This document shows, one piece after another, positions 1-13,877 of a DNA stretch of 64,000 bases. The stretch comes from Octopus sinensis. Its lineage: Eukaryota. The DNA lies in NCBI RefSeq assembly GCF_006345805.1, contig NC_043025.1, positions 10,664,001 through 10,728,000 on the forward strand, written 5' to 3'. Position 1 is the stretch's first letter, and the number at the start of each line of letters is the position of its first letter. The notes beneath the pieces were generated by a model. The model made no database searches. It was not told the origin of the DNA and worked only from the letters and a program-made list of their open reading frames with translations. Position numbers and translations under genes: made by a program.

Positions 1-3000
1 ACATTTTCCTCGGTGGCATGGCATCATTGTTTGGTAGTTTGGGTGGTTGGATTAGTGGTGGGCTAAACATTTTCCTCGGTGGCATGGCATCATTGTTTGC
101 TAGTTTGGGTGGTTGGATTAGTGGTGGACTAAACATTTTCCTCGGTGGCATGGCATCATTGTTTGGTAGTTTGGGTGGTTGGATTAGTGGTGGACTAAAC
201 ATTTTCCTCGGTGGCATGGCATCATTGTTTGGTAGTTTGGGTGGTTGGATTAGTGGTGGAATAAACATTTTCCTCGGTGGCATGGCATCATTGTTTGCTA
301 GTTCGGGTGGTTGGATTAGTGGTGGAATAAACATTTTCCTCGGTGGCATGGCATCATTGTTTGGTAGTTTGGGTGGTTGGATTAGTGGTGGACTAAACAT
401 TTTCCTCGGTGGCATGGCATCATTGTTTGGTAGTTTGGGTGGTTGGATTAGTGGTGGACTAAACATTTTCCTCGGTGGCATGGCATCATTGTTTGGTAGT
501 TTGGGTGGTTGGATTAGTGGTGGACTAAACATTGTTCTCAGTGGCATGGCATCATTGTTTGGTAGTTTGGGTGGTTGGATTAGTGGTGGAATAAACATTT
601 TCCTCGGTGGCATGGCATCATTGTTTGGTAGTTTGGGTGGTTGGATTAGTGGTGGACTAAACATTTTCCTCGGTGGCATGGCATCATTGTTTGGTAGTTT
701 GGGTGGTTGGATTAGTGGTGGACTAAACATTTTCCTCGGTGGCATGGCATCATTGTTTGGTAGTTGGGTGGTTGGATTAGTGGTGGACTAAACATTTTCC
801 TCGGTGGCATGGCATCATTGTTTGGTAGTTTGGGTGGTTGGATTAGTGGTGGACTAAACATTTTCCTCGGTGGCATGGCATCATTGTTGGTAGTTTGGGT
901 GGTTGGATTAGTGGTGGACTAAACATTTTCCTCGGTGGCATGGCATCATTGTTTGGTAGTTTGGGTGGTTGGATTAGTGGTGGAATAAACATTTTCCTCG
1001 GTGGCATGGCATCATTGTTTGGTAGTTTGGGTGGTTGGATTAGTGGTGGAATAAACATTTTCCTCGGTGGCATGGCATCATTGTTTGGTAGTTTGGGTGG
1101 TTGGATTAGTGGTGGACTAAACATTTTCCTCGGTGGCATGGCATCATTGTTTGGTAGTTTGGGTGGTTGGATTATTGGTGGAATAAACATTTTCCTCGGT
1201 GGCATGGCATCATTGTTTGGTAGTTGGGTGGTGGATTAGTGGTGGGCTAAACATTTTCCTCGGTGGCATGGCATCATTGTTTGCTAGTTTGGGTGGTTGG
1301 ATTAGTGGTGGAATAAACATTTTCCTCGGTGGCATGGCATCATTGTTTGGTAGTTTGGATGGTTGGATTAGTGGTGGAATAAACATTTTCCTCGGTGGCA
1401 TGGCATCATTGTTTGGTAGTTTGGGTGGTTGGATTAGTGGTGGAATAAACATTTTCCTCGGTGGCATGGCATCATGTTTGGTAGTTTGGGTGGTTGGATT
1501 AGTGGTGGAATAAACATTTTCCTCGGTGGCATGGCATCATTGTTTGGTAGTTTGGGTGGTTGGATTAGTGGTGGAATAAACATTTTCCTCGGTGGCATGG
1601 CATCATTGTTTGGTAGTTTGGGTGGTTGGATAGTGGTGGGCTAAATATTTTCCTCGGTGGCATGGCATCATTGTTTGCTAGTTTGGGGGTTGGATTAGTG
1701 GTGGAATAAACATTTTCCTCGGTGGCATGGCATCATTGTTTTGTAGTTTGGGTGGTTGGATTAGTGGTGGACTAAACATTTTCCTCGGTGGCATGGCATC
1801 ATTGTTTGGTAGTTTGGGGTGGTTGGATTAGTGGTGGACTAAACATTTTCCTCGGTGGCATGGCATCATCATTGTTTGGTAGTTTGGGTGGTTGGATTAG
1901 TGGTGGAATAAACATTTTCCTCGGTGGCATGGCATCATTGTTTGGTAGTTTGGGTGGTTGGATTAGTGGTGGACTAAACATTTGTCTCAGTGGCATGGCA
2001 TCATTGTTTGGTAGTTTGGGTGGTTGGATTAGTGGTGGACTAAACATTTTCCTCGGTGGCATGGCATCATTGTTTGGTAGTTTGGGTGGTTGGATTAGTG
2101 GTGGACTAAACATTTTCCTCGGTGGCATGGCATCATTGTTTGGTAGTTTGGGTGGTTGGATTAGTGGTGGAATAAACATTTTCCTCCTCGGTGGCATGGC
2201 ATCATTGTTTGGTAGTTTGGGTGGTTGGATTAGTGGTGGAATAAACATTTTCCTCGGTGGCATGGCATCATTGTTTGGTAGTTTGGGTGGTTGGATTAGT
2301 GGTGGACTAAACATTTTCCTCGGTGGCATGGCATCATTGTTTGGTAGTTTGGGTGGTTGGATTAGTGGTGGAATAAACATTTTCCTCGGTGGCATGGCAT
2401 CATTGTTTGGTAGTTTGGGTGGTTGGATTAGTGGTGGACTAAACATTTTCCTCGGTGGCATGGCATCATTGTTTGGTAGTTTGGGTGGTTGGATTATTGG
2501 TGGAATAAACATTTTCCTCGGTGGCATGGCATCATTGTTTGGTAGTTTGGGTGGTTGGATTAGTGGTGGGCTAAACATTTTCCTCGGTGGCATGGCATCA
2601 TTGTTTGCTAGTTGGGTGGTTGGATTAGTGGTGGAATAAACATTTTCCTCGGTGGCATGGCATCATTGTTTGGTAGTTTGGATGGTTGGATTAGTGGTGG
2701 AATAAACATTTTCCTCGGTGGCATGGCATCATTGTTTGGTAGTTTGGGTGGTTGGATTAGTGGTGGAATAAACATTTTCCTCGGTGGCATGGCATCATTG
2801 TTTGGTAGTTTGGGGGTTGGATTAGTGGTGGAATAAACATTTTCCTCGTGGCATGGCATCATTGTTTGGTAGTTTGGGTGGTTGGATTAGTGGTGGAATA
2901 AACATTTTCCTCGGTGGCATGGCATCATTGTTTGGTAGTTTGGGTGGTTGGATTAGTGGTGGGCTAAATATTTTCCTCGGTGGCATGGCATCATTGTTTG

Positions 3001-6000
3001 CTAGTTGGGTGGTTGGATTAGTGGTGGAATAAACATTTTCCTCGGTGGCATGGCATCATTGTTTTGTAGTTTGGGTGGTTGGATTAGTGGTGGACTAAAC
3101 ATTTTCCTCGGTGGCATGGCATCATTGTTTGGTAGTTTGGGTGGTGGTTGGATTAGTGGTGGACTAAACATTTTCCTCGGTGGCATGGCATCATTGTTTG
3201 GTAGTTTGGGTGGTTGGATTAGTGGTGGAATAAACATTTTCTCGGTGGCATGGCATCATTGTTTGGTAGTTTGGGTGGTTGGATTAGTGGTGGACTAAAC
3301 ATTTGTCTCAGTGGCATGGCATCATGTTTGGTAGTTTGGGTGGTTGGATTAGTGGTGGGCTAAATATTTTCCTCGGTGGCATGGATCATTGTTTGGTAGT
3401 TTGGGTGGTGGATTAGTGGTGGACTAAACATTTTCCTCGGTGGCATGGCATCATTGTTTGGTAGTTTGGGTGGTTGGATAGTGGTGGAATAAACATTTTC
3501 CTCAGTGGCATGGCATCATTGTTGGTAGTTGGGTGGTTGGATTAGTGGTGGAATAAACATTTTCTCGGTGGCATGGCATCATGTTTGGTAGTTTGGGTGG
3601 GTGGTTGGATTAGTGGTGGACTAAACATTTTCTCGGTGGCATGGCATCATTGTTTGGTTGTTTGGGTGGTTGGATTCGTGGTGGACTAAACATTTTCCTC
3701 GGTGGCATGGCATCATTGTTTGCTAGTTTGGGTGGTTGGATTAGTGGTGGAATAAACATTTTCCTCAGTGGCATGGCATCATTGTTTGGTAGTTTGGGTG
3801 GTTGGATTAGTGGTGGAATAAACATTTTCCTCGGTGGCATGGCATCATTGTTTGGTAGTTTGGGTGGTTGGATTAGTGGTGGAATAAACATTTTCCTCGG
3901 TGGCATGGCATCATTGTTTGGTAGTTTGGGTGGTTGGATTAGTGGTGGACTAAACATTTTCCTCGGTGGCATGGCATCATTGTTTGGTAGTTTGGGTGGT
4001 TGGATTAGTGGTGGAATAAACATTTTCCTCGGTGGCATGGCATCATTGTTTGCTAGTTTGGGTGGTTGGATTAGTGGTGGACTAAACATTTTCCTCGGTG
4101 GCATGGCATCATTGTTTGGTAGTTTGGGTGGTTGGATTAGTGGTGGACTAAACATTTTCCTCGGTGGCATGGCATCATTGTTTGGTAGTTTGGGTGGTTG
4201 GATTAGTGGTGGACTAAACATTTTCCTCGGTGGCATGGCATCATTGTTTGGTAGTTTGGGTGGTTGGATTAGTGGTGGACTAAACATTTTCCTCGGTGGC
4301 ATGGCATCATTGTTTGGTAGTTTGGGTGGTTGGATTAGTGGTGGAATAAACATTTTCCTCGGTGGCATGGCATCATTGTTTTGTAGTTTGGGTGGTTGGA
4401 TTAGTGGTGGACTAAACATTTTCCTCGGTGGCATGGCATCATTGTTTGGTAGTTTGGGTGGTTGGATTAGTGGTGGACTAAACATTTTCCTCGGTGGCAT
4501 GGCATCATTGTTTGGTAGTTTGGGTGGTTGGATTAGTGGTGGGCTAAACATTGTTTTCAGTGGCATGGCATCATTGTTTGGTAGTTTGGGTGGTTGGATT
4601 AGTGGTGGAATAAACATTTTCCTCGGTGGCATGGCATCATTGTTTGGTAGTTTGGGTGGTTGGATTAGTGGTGGACTAAACATTTTCCTCGGTGGCATGG
4701 CATCATTGTTTGGTAGTTTGGGTGGTTGGATTAGTGGTGGAATAAACATTTTCCTCGGTGGCATGGCATCATTATTGGGTAGTTTGGGTGGTTGGATTAG
4801 TGGTGGGCTAAACATTGTTTTCTGTGGCATGGCATCATTGTTTGGTAGTTTGGGTGGTTGGATTAGTGGTGGGCTAAACATTTTTCTCAGTGGCATGGCG
4901 TCATTGTTTGGTAGTTTGGGTGGTTGGATTAGTGGTGGACTAAACATTTTCCTCGGTGGCATGGCATCATTGTTTGGTAGTTTGGGTGGTTGGATTAGTG
5001 GTGGAATAAACATTTTCCTCGGTGGCATGGCATCATTGTTTGGTAGTTTGGGAGGTTGGATTAAAGGTGGACTAAACATTTTTCTCAGTGGCATGGCATC
5101 ATTGTTTGGTAGTTTGGGTGGTTGGATTAGTGGTGGACTAAACATTTTCCTCGGTGGCATGGCATCATTGTTTGCTAGTTTGGGTGGTTGGATTAGTGGT
5201 GGACTAAACATTTTCCTCGGTGGCATGGCATCATTGTTTGGTAGTTTGGGTGGTTGGATTAGTGGTGGAATAAACATTTTCCTCGGTGGCATGGCATCAT
5301 TGTTTGGTAGTTTGGGAGGTTGGATTAAAGGTGGACTAAACATTTTTCTCAGTGGCATGGCATCATTGTTTGGTAGTTTGGGTAGTTGGATTAGTGGTAG
5401 GCTAAACATTTTTCTCAGTGGCATGGCGTCATTGTTTGGTAGTTTGGGTGGTTTGCTTAGTGGTGGGCTAAACATTTTCCTCGGTGGCATGGCATCATTG
5501 TTTGGTAGTTTGGGAGGTTGGATTAAAGGTGGACTAAACATTTTTCTCAGTGGCATGGCATCATTGTTTGGTAATATAGGTGGTTGGATTAGTGGTGGGC
5601 TAAACCTTTTTCTCAATGGCATGGCTTCATTGTTTCGTAATTTAAATGATTGGATTAATGGTGAGTAAAACCTTTTTCTTAGTGGCATGGCTTCGTTGTG
5701 CGGTAGTTTGGGTGGTTGGGTTAATGGTAAGTAAAAGCTTTTCTCAGTGGCATGGCTTTATTGTTTTGTTGTTTGGGTGGTTGGATTAGTGTTGGCCTAA
5801 ATTTGTTTGTCAGTGGTATGACATTACACTTTGGTAATTTTGTTATGTGGATAAATGGTTGCCTACTACTAAATCTGATTGTGCTAGTCTCATTCTTTGG
5901 CAGTTTTGGTGGATGGATTACTGGTGGGTACTTTTGTACTTTAGTACCTTGGTGAATTCCCTTTCTGATTTGCGCCTAAGAATTAGTTGTGGGCTGTAGA

Positions 6001-6190
6001 TATTTTGCCATTGGCATGGCGTAATTTGTTGATCGTTGAAGAGGACTGATTAGTTGTGCGTCGACGATATTTTTTTTTGTATGGCATCTTCTTGGGGGAG
6101 TTTGGTTGCATGGCTTAGTGGTAGGGTGAAGTAGTTAGTCAGTAGCTTGCCGTCATTTTTTATCGTTTGGTTAGACGTGTGAGTTATTGG
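1..6190. repeat. 66-bp tandem array (about 86 well-conserved units to ~5690, then ~7 progressively degenerate units); continues off the left edge
   Basis: Unit ACATTTTCCTCGGTGGCATGGCATCATTGTTTGGTAGTTTGGGTGGTTGGATTAGTGGTGGACTAA read directly. Confidence 0.97.
3610..5975 (-). CDS. Putative repeat-protein exon, (MPPRKMFSPPLIQPPKLPNNDA)n, Pro/Lys-rich; needs one 1-nt correction near 5740
   Basis: 692-aa ORF 3610-5688. The upstream degenerate units stay open for ~74 codons (5753-5975) behind a possible TTCTTAG acceptor. The antisense frame is also open, so coding status is unproven. Confidence 0.35.
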
Positions 6191-7075
6191 TACTTATGTT
6201 GTAGGGGATATACTTGTTAACCGTGAAGATCATGCAGTTTTATTTGTCGGAAGAAAACTGCCGATAGGGATTTGATGAAAGGAATTTGTTGGTTACGTGT
6301 GTTAGAAATTAATTAGAAATGAAATATAAAAATAAAAGTATAGAACAATATACCACGTACACTTAGGTTGAAGTTAAAAGGTGGCCCGTCATTTAGGGTG
6401 GATCGAAACACCACGTGGCACAGCAAAATTAACAGCAACCATGACAACAGCGTTAACAAACAACTAGAACAGTTGCATAAGTGATGATGCGTCACTATTT
6501 CAGTCACAGTGACATCAGACGAATAAGGAGACAACAGCCACCACTCACGATATCATGAATACTACTACTACTACTACTACCACAACCGCAGTCTCATCTA
6601 CCATTGTAAACGGCCGTTACCACAGTATAACCACTGCAATTACTACCACCACTACCACCAAAACCACCACCCCTATTAACACCAACACTACTATACATCT
6701 GCCTGAACAACCATTATAACCACTGAAACTACCACTACAACGATCACATCAAGCAATCCTGGTTACTACCCCTACTGCTTCCAATAACACTACTAACACT
6801 TCTACCAATGCTAAATGGACAGAGCTAGTAACGTAAACAGCTTGACCACTGGAAGAGAATGTCCAATGAAAATGATAAATATCAGCCTCAATATCTGGAA
6901 AAGAATTGAAACTTGAGCAGCGGAGAAAGTCGTCAGTTTAAATAACTATATGACAAAACTGCACACCATGTATTGAGTGCTGACTTTCCTTATAAACTCT
7001 AATATATCTCTATTTATATTTATCTATCTTTCTATCTATTTATCCATCTCTTTCTGTCTGTCTATCTATCGCTCT

Positions 7076-7150
<75 letters not shown>

Positions 7151-7940
7151 CACATATGAAAGGCTTTTTTCAGTTCCTGCCTACCAAATCCACTCACAAG
7201 CCCTGAGGCTATAGTAGAAGACGCCAGCCCAAGGTTCCACGCAGTGGGACTAAACCCAGAACCATGTGGTTGGAAAACAAGCTTCTTACCACACAGCAAC
7301 TCTTACCAGTCTTTGCTCTTCTCTCTTTGTGGTAGCCCATGTTTCACTACCATATATATATGTATATATGTGTGTGTGTTTTATTTATATTTTATCCATT
7401 ATTTCTTTTTATATTCCTTTTATATATAGATTGTTATGCCATGTTCTTTGTATATTATGTGTGTTAAGCCACCAACCCTCAACCCATCACCACTTGATCT
7501 GCGAGGTGGTCTGCCTCTGACAAGTGGCACACTGTGTATCAGTACAGGATATGCTTTCAAGGTGGAGAGCATGGGTTTTGCCCAGCACAATGCCAGTTGT
7601 TCAGTCTCAACATAAGGATAAATCAATGATGATGAAGTGATAGCAAGAAAGTCACTGGAGGTCGGCAGCTTGAGCTTTGCACGTACGATGTAAGAAGCAG
7701 ATGGCCGTTCGGCGAAACTTATGTGAGCAATTTCACAGTCCGTTCCCTCTTCTTAACTTCAAAGCAGCCTATTTAGGAATGAAGTGCTTTCCCTTATGTA
7801 GGGAGAGGAATAGAAAAGGTGCCTTAATAATTGCTTGTTCATACACTCCTGTCGTTATACAACAGATGAGTGGATTTTCAACTATGCAGTCAAAGAAATA
7901 TGAGAACACCAAGGAAAAAACTGTAGGGAAACAGATGAGT

Positions 7941-8770
7941 ATATCAGCTGGGAATGTACGCAGGTTCCATGACTACGAGAAGTGCTCTGAGTGCAAAACA
8001 GCCTTATAGCTTGGTTTCTGAGAAATATTGCTTCTTTTTTTTTTGAGACAAGGCTATCGGATTCTGACCAGCTGAATGAAGTAGTTGGAGGGTATATTTT
8101 ATTCTGGACTGGTACATCTGAAACAGAAAAAAGGGAATCTGGTGTGTCTGTCCTTGTTTGGCCCCTTGTGGGCAATAAGGAAATAGATTTATCAGCAACA
8201 ACATATTACTTATATAATTGCTATTAGTAATGATATTAAACATAAACTTGAGGCCATACCAAATTATCGTCTTATATTATTACGAATCCTATTTGGCCTA
8301 TCAAAATATGCTAGTAAATGCATATGCACCAACACTTGGTTCTACAGATGAAGGTAAAGATACCTTCTAATCTGATTTTCCCCCCTGGTTTCAGCTCAGA
8401 GCTGTAGCCATGCTGATGCACCGCCATTACGAATATTATTGAACCAAATTCCCAGTCGTGATAAAAGTTTTCTTTTAGGTGAATTTAATGCCCATGTTGG
8501 ATCAGATTACCTTTCTTGGTCAAATATTCTTGATAAGCGTGGTGTTGAAAAAAATGGACTCAAATGGATTCTTGCTATTAAAACTGTGCAGTGAGTTTGG
8601 ACTCTCTGTTACCAATAGTTTTTCAACAGTCCAATAAAAACAAAATAACTTGGTATCATTTAGATCAAGTTATGGCCACGTGATTGAGTATGTGGTTGCG
8701 AGAAGCCGATCCACAAATAAGGTTAACACGTTCTCTCCATAAGGCAGAAAACTGGTCTGACCATGCTATG
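7941..8770 (+). mobile_element. Degenerate RTE-clade (BovB-like) LINE, apurinic endonuclease region, interrupted by other repeats
   Basis: Frameshifted translations ISAGNVRR..ETRLSDSDQLNEVVGGYILFWTG..EKRESGV and LGEFNAHVGSD..SNGFLLLKLCSEFGLSVTNSF match the RTE APE motif order. Confidence 0.8.
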
Positions 8771-9647
8771 TTTTTTATACTTTTTATGAGTTATCCAGAG
8801 AAGTTCTTGGGTTTTCATGTTGTGAAGCCTTGATTGGTTTTATGGAAACGACGAGGCTTTAAATGAACTGTTTCAAGTAATGTACTGACTTCACAAAGTA
8901 GTCTGAACATGTCTTTACGTTCTGAATCCATTAATAAATGTTTTTCGTCATTTTCATTAATTTTATTCTATTTTACACAACGTCTACACGAGTTTCATTT
9001 CTTATAAACGCTAAAACTACATTTTTACGTTTAAAATTCAGTTATATAATATTCATCGACAAGCTAAGTAACGTTTTTTTTTATTTAACAATATTATTTA
9101 ACTTTTGAATTGTATTATGTTTGATGATTATTATTAATATTGTTGTTAAAATATTTATTTATATATAATTTCTTGACGATTATTAGGTATGATATGTATA
9201 TCTGTTTATTTTCTATATTTACTATTATTTTTATAATGTGATTTAACGTATTATATAAAATTTAATTTGAGAAATAATTTTCTAAGACAATATATTATTT
9301 AATAGTTAGGTGGTCTATTGATTACGTAGTATTACATTTAAGTAAATAAGTTTAATATTAATTGATATTTTGATCAACTATATAATTGAGTAAAATATTA
9401 AATCTATATATACTACACATATATTAATAACATAGTTAGTTTATATTATAGGTGCGTATATATTTGAACGATTTCCTATTTTTAATTCTAATACTTATAG
9501 ATTGTACTAGCATTATGTATATTAATTTTTAATGTAAATTACTTAATGAGTATAAGATTTTATGTACATGTTTATTAAATAAATAAATAAATAAAGTAAT
9601 AATTTAATTAAACTATAGAATTTAGTTTTCATTTAATGTATATTTTG

Positions 9648-9701
<54 letters not shown>

Positions 9702-9705
9702 TATA

Positions 9706-9805
9706 TAAGTATAGGAAAGAATTGAGCTGAACGAAGATTTAACAAAATTACTTTATAAAGGAATTTTGTTAAATCTTCGTTCAGCTCCATTCTTTCCTAT
9801 ACTTA
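9706..9805. repeat. 100-bp near-perfect palindrome
   Basis: TAAGTATAGGAAAGAATTGAGCTGAACGAAGATTTAACAAAATT...reverse complement; centre CTTTATAAAG; 2 mismatches. Confidence 0.9.
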
Positions 9806-9986
9806 ATATATAAAACTTCAAATTTCCGCACTAAGGCACGGATTTTATGCCCCATGGTCGTAACTTCAACCGTGCCCTTTCTGTTGTGAATTTTGCTACC
9901 CAGGTATCGGTTATCTTTCGAATTATCCGTAATAAGATAATTCATTTGTCTACTTCAATAACTATATATATATATATATTATATAT

Positions 9987-10019
<33 letters not shown>

Positions 10020-10993
10020 TTGTTTGTTTTAAATATTTTAATTAATTGTATTTTATCTTTTAATAATAATGATATATATAGTTTATTATTCTTTTTTATA
10101 TATGTTAAAATTTTATTTTTATACATATAATAAATATTTATACCTTTCTCATTCTATTTTTTTTATTTAAACAAGAATATATTTGTTAAGATATTTCGTA
10201 TTTTAAAAGATTATGTACGTATATTTATTAGTTTATCTAATTAACTATTTTATTGTTTTTATCTCTCAGCTGAAAAGTGACTATATTTATATTGAAGTGA
10301 TTTTACTATTGGTGGCTGACGATATGTGCATCTCTGATCACGAGCAGAAGTAGTGAGGCAGTATCATATCCCTGTCTTGAGAGGAATGGGTGTTTCATTC
10401 AACATCCTCGAACAACCCTTATTCAGGGACCTTTTGGGCGGGATGGGATACCCGACCTGGAGAAAGTTCTACCTGGGCCCCACCTGCAGGTGTCAATCAT
10501 GTGTCAATCACTAAGCCTCCTTCCGACATAAGGACATAAGCAAAGCAACTAAGTTGGCTAGCTTCGTATAGAGCTTGTAATGTAACGCAATACCTCATGT
10601 GATTAAGTAGAAATGACTGAAAAATCTACAACATTTGGATCAAATAAATGCAAACGATGTTTTGCTGAAAGAGCCGAGGTCCTTTTCAGATGTTAGATTC
10701 CTAACTCACTACTGTACTCGAGGTCTGAAATTTTCAGCGGTTGTAAACATATGTCTCAGTACATGACGAATTGGAAAATATGTATAAGTTTATATATATA
10801 TATATATATTTATGTGTGTGTGCGTGTGTGTGTGTGTTTATGTGTATGTATGTGTGTGTGTGCGTACGTGTGTGTGTGTGTGTGTGTGTGTGCGTACGTG
10901 TGTGTGTGTGTGTGTGCTTACCAACCTCATGTTTCTGGGTTCATTCCCACTGTGTGAGTGGATTCGGTAGACGGAAACTGAAAGAGGCCTGAC

Positions 10994-11107
<114 letters not shown>

Positions 11108-11699
11108 TTGTGTGTCTGTATCTGTCCCGCAACATCGCTTGTCAACTGATGCTGGTGTGTTTACATACCCGTAACTTAGCGGTTCGGCAAAAGGGGGCGA
11201 TTGAATAAGTACTAGGCTTCCAAAGAATAAATCATGGGGTCGATTTGATTCGACTAAAGGTAGTACTGCAGCATGGCCGCAGTCAAATGACTGAAACAAG
11301 GGAAAGAGAAAGAGAAAGAAAAGTACATACGAGCGCGCGCCCGCGCACTCTTACAAGCATATGCGAGCAAGACTCTTCATTTCACGTTGGTCCAGTCCAC
11401 TCGGCTGTAAATGATCCACCCTGCGAAGGAATACTCTCCGAATTGAAGAGGTGGTGTTGGCCTGCTCGCCCAGGCAGCGGAGTGACACAATATTCAAAGG
11501 TTAAAACGATGCTAAAAGCATTCGATTACCCTGTCAATCACGTGATCAGGATCACGTGATGTATATACCTGTGTCTTCTTGGGTATATGCAAGTCTATAT
11601 ATACATGGTTGCACGCCCGCTGTCGTTCTATATCGTCTGCAGTCGTTAAATTCCAACGTCTCAAGCCTTCTTCCATCAAAGTCTTAATTTTACTGTTAA

Positions 11700-12052
11700 G
11701 GGAGACAACTCTCAATGTACCAAAATAGCGTATAATTAGAGTAGTTTCCCTTAACACTAAAAATCGTGTTTAAAAAACATCTTTCTTTTTCTCAAGAAAA
11801 AATTTCTCTGGTCTTGTACGAAATGCGTTTATGTATGGACGTGTGAAAGTGTTATGTGTGTATTTATGTGTGTATGTCTATACATACATACATACATACA
11901 TACATACATACATACATACATACATACATACATACATGCATACATACATTCATACATGCATAAATACACACATACGTACATACATAGACACACACATTCG
12001 CACCCACACTGACGGACATCTGACAGGTGATCAACTACAAAGTACCTCTGAA

Positions 12053-12087
<35 letters not shown>

Positions 12088-12112
12088 TTCTTTCTATCTA
12101 TCTATGTGTCTA

Positions 12113-12168
<56 letters not shown>

Positions 12169-12339
12169 TCTTACACATATTTTAATACATATATATCGGG
12201 AAGTATATTTTCCACTTAAATGTGGTGGTCCCATAGGGGTTGATGCTACTGTCGTTTGTAGCCCCAGGAAGACATCTCCAGCTGTTTGCGTCTCGCTCAG
12301 AGATTTATTATTGCTATATTCATGTTAATACACATGTAG

Positions 12340-12372
<33 letters not shown>

Positions 12373-13690
12373 TTCTTTTATTCTTTTACACGTTTTAGTC
12401 ACTAAACTGCTGCCATGCTGGGGCACCGCGTAGTAGTAATTCTTTTTAAAGCCTGCAACTTATTATGTCGCTAATTTAAGGGACATAAACGCACCAACAC
12501 CGGTTGTCAAGTATGGTGAGGAACAAACATACATACACACACAGATATTATATTTATATTATGCATATTTATCATTTTCTTATCCTTGTAGCTTGCACTT
12601 CGTTGGTGTTAAAGATACGGTTTCCAGTTGAGCCGATCAGCGGAAGGGCCAGATCGGGAAATTAACATGCAAGTTGCTGAGTACTCCACAGACATGTGTT
12701 CCCATAACGTAGGAAGATTCAGTTGTCTTTGTAATCAGATATTATAATTTTTTAAATTATAATAGTGATTCTTATATGGCCAGGACATACTTATGTGGAG
12801 GCATATGGCCTAGTGGTTAGAGCAGCGGACTCGCGGTCGAGGGATCGCGGGTTCGAATCTCAAACCAGAAGATGTGTGTGTTTATGAGCGATACACCTAA
12901 ACACCACGCGGCTCCGGCAGAAGGTAATTGCGAAACTTCTGCTGACTCTTTCGCCACAACTTTCTCTCACTCTTTCCTCCTGCATCATGCAGCTCACCTG
13001 CGACGGACCAGCGTCACGTCCAGGTGGGGAACCTATACGCCAAGGAAACCGGGAAACTGACCCTTATGACCAGGCATGGGTCGAGAAGGAACAGACATGA
13101 CATACAGATGGCCTTGGAATTCACATAATATACTTCGTTCACTCACCTATATAAACCTAAGACAACAAGACATGATTTCAGGGAGAATTGCTCGTTATTT
13201 CTCTGAGGGATATGTTGCTTATTGCAGTAAACTCTTCTACTCTTTTACTTGTTTCAGTCATTTGACTGCGGCTATGCTGGAGCACCGCCTTTAATCGAGC
13301 AACTCGACCCCGGGAATAATTCTTTTCTAAGCCCAGTACTTATTCTATCGGTTTCTTTTGCTGAACCGCTAGGGTACGGGAATATAAACACACAAGCATC
13401 GGTTGTCACGCAATGCTAGGGGGACAAACACAGACACAAAAACACATACAAGCATACATGCATATATATATATATATATAATATATATATATATATAATA
13501 TATATATATATACACATATATACGACGGGCTTCTTTCAGTTTCCGTCTACCAAATCCCCTCACAAGGCTTCGGTCGGCCCGAGACTATATTAGAAGACAC
13601 TTGCCCAAAGTGCCACGCAGTGGGACTGAACCGGAACCATGTGGTTGGTAAGCAAGCTACTTACCACACAGCCACTCCTGCGCCTATATG

Positions 13691-13777
<87 letters not shown>

Positions 13778-13808
13778 TAATATATATATATAATATATAT
13801 ATATATAC

Positions 13809-13877
<69 letters not shown>

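Noticed and set aside
3641-5668. Resemblance of the plus-frame Gly/Trp repeat to phage tape-measure or membrane proteins
   Set aside because: Compositional similarity only; no other phage features are present.
6530-6845. Thr-rich mucin-like plus-strand stretch
   Set aside because: Degenerate (ACT/ACC)n sequence that switches frame twice with stops and lacks a compatible acceptor.
12795-12870. tRNA-like sequences at SINE heads (also 45425, 53335, 61861 and others)
   Set aside because: They have A/B-box motifs but no complete acceptor stem, and they continue into SINE bodies.
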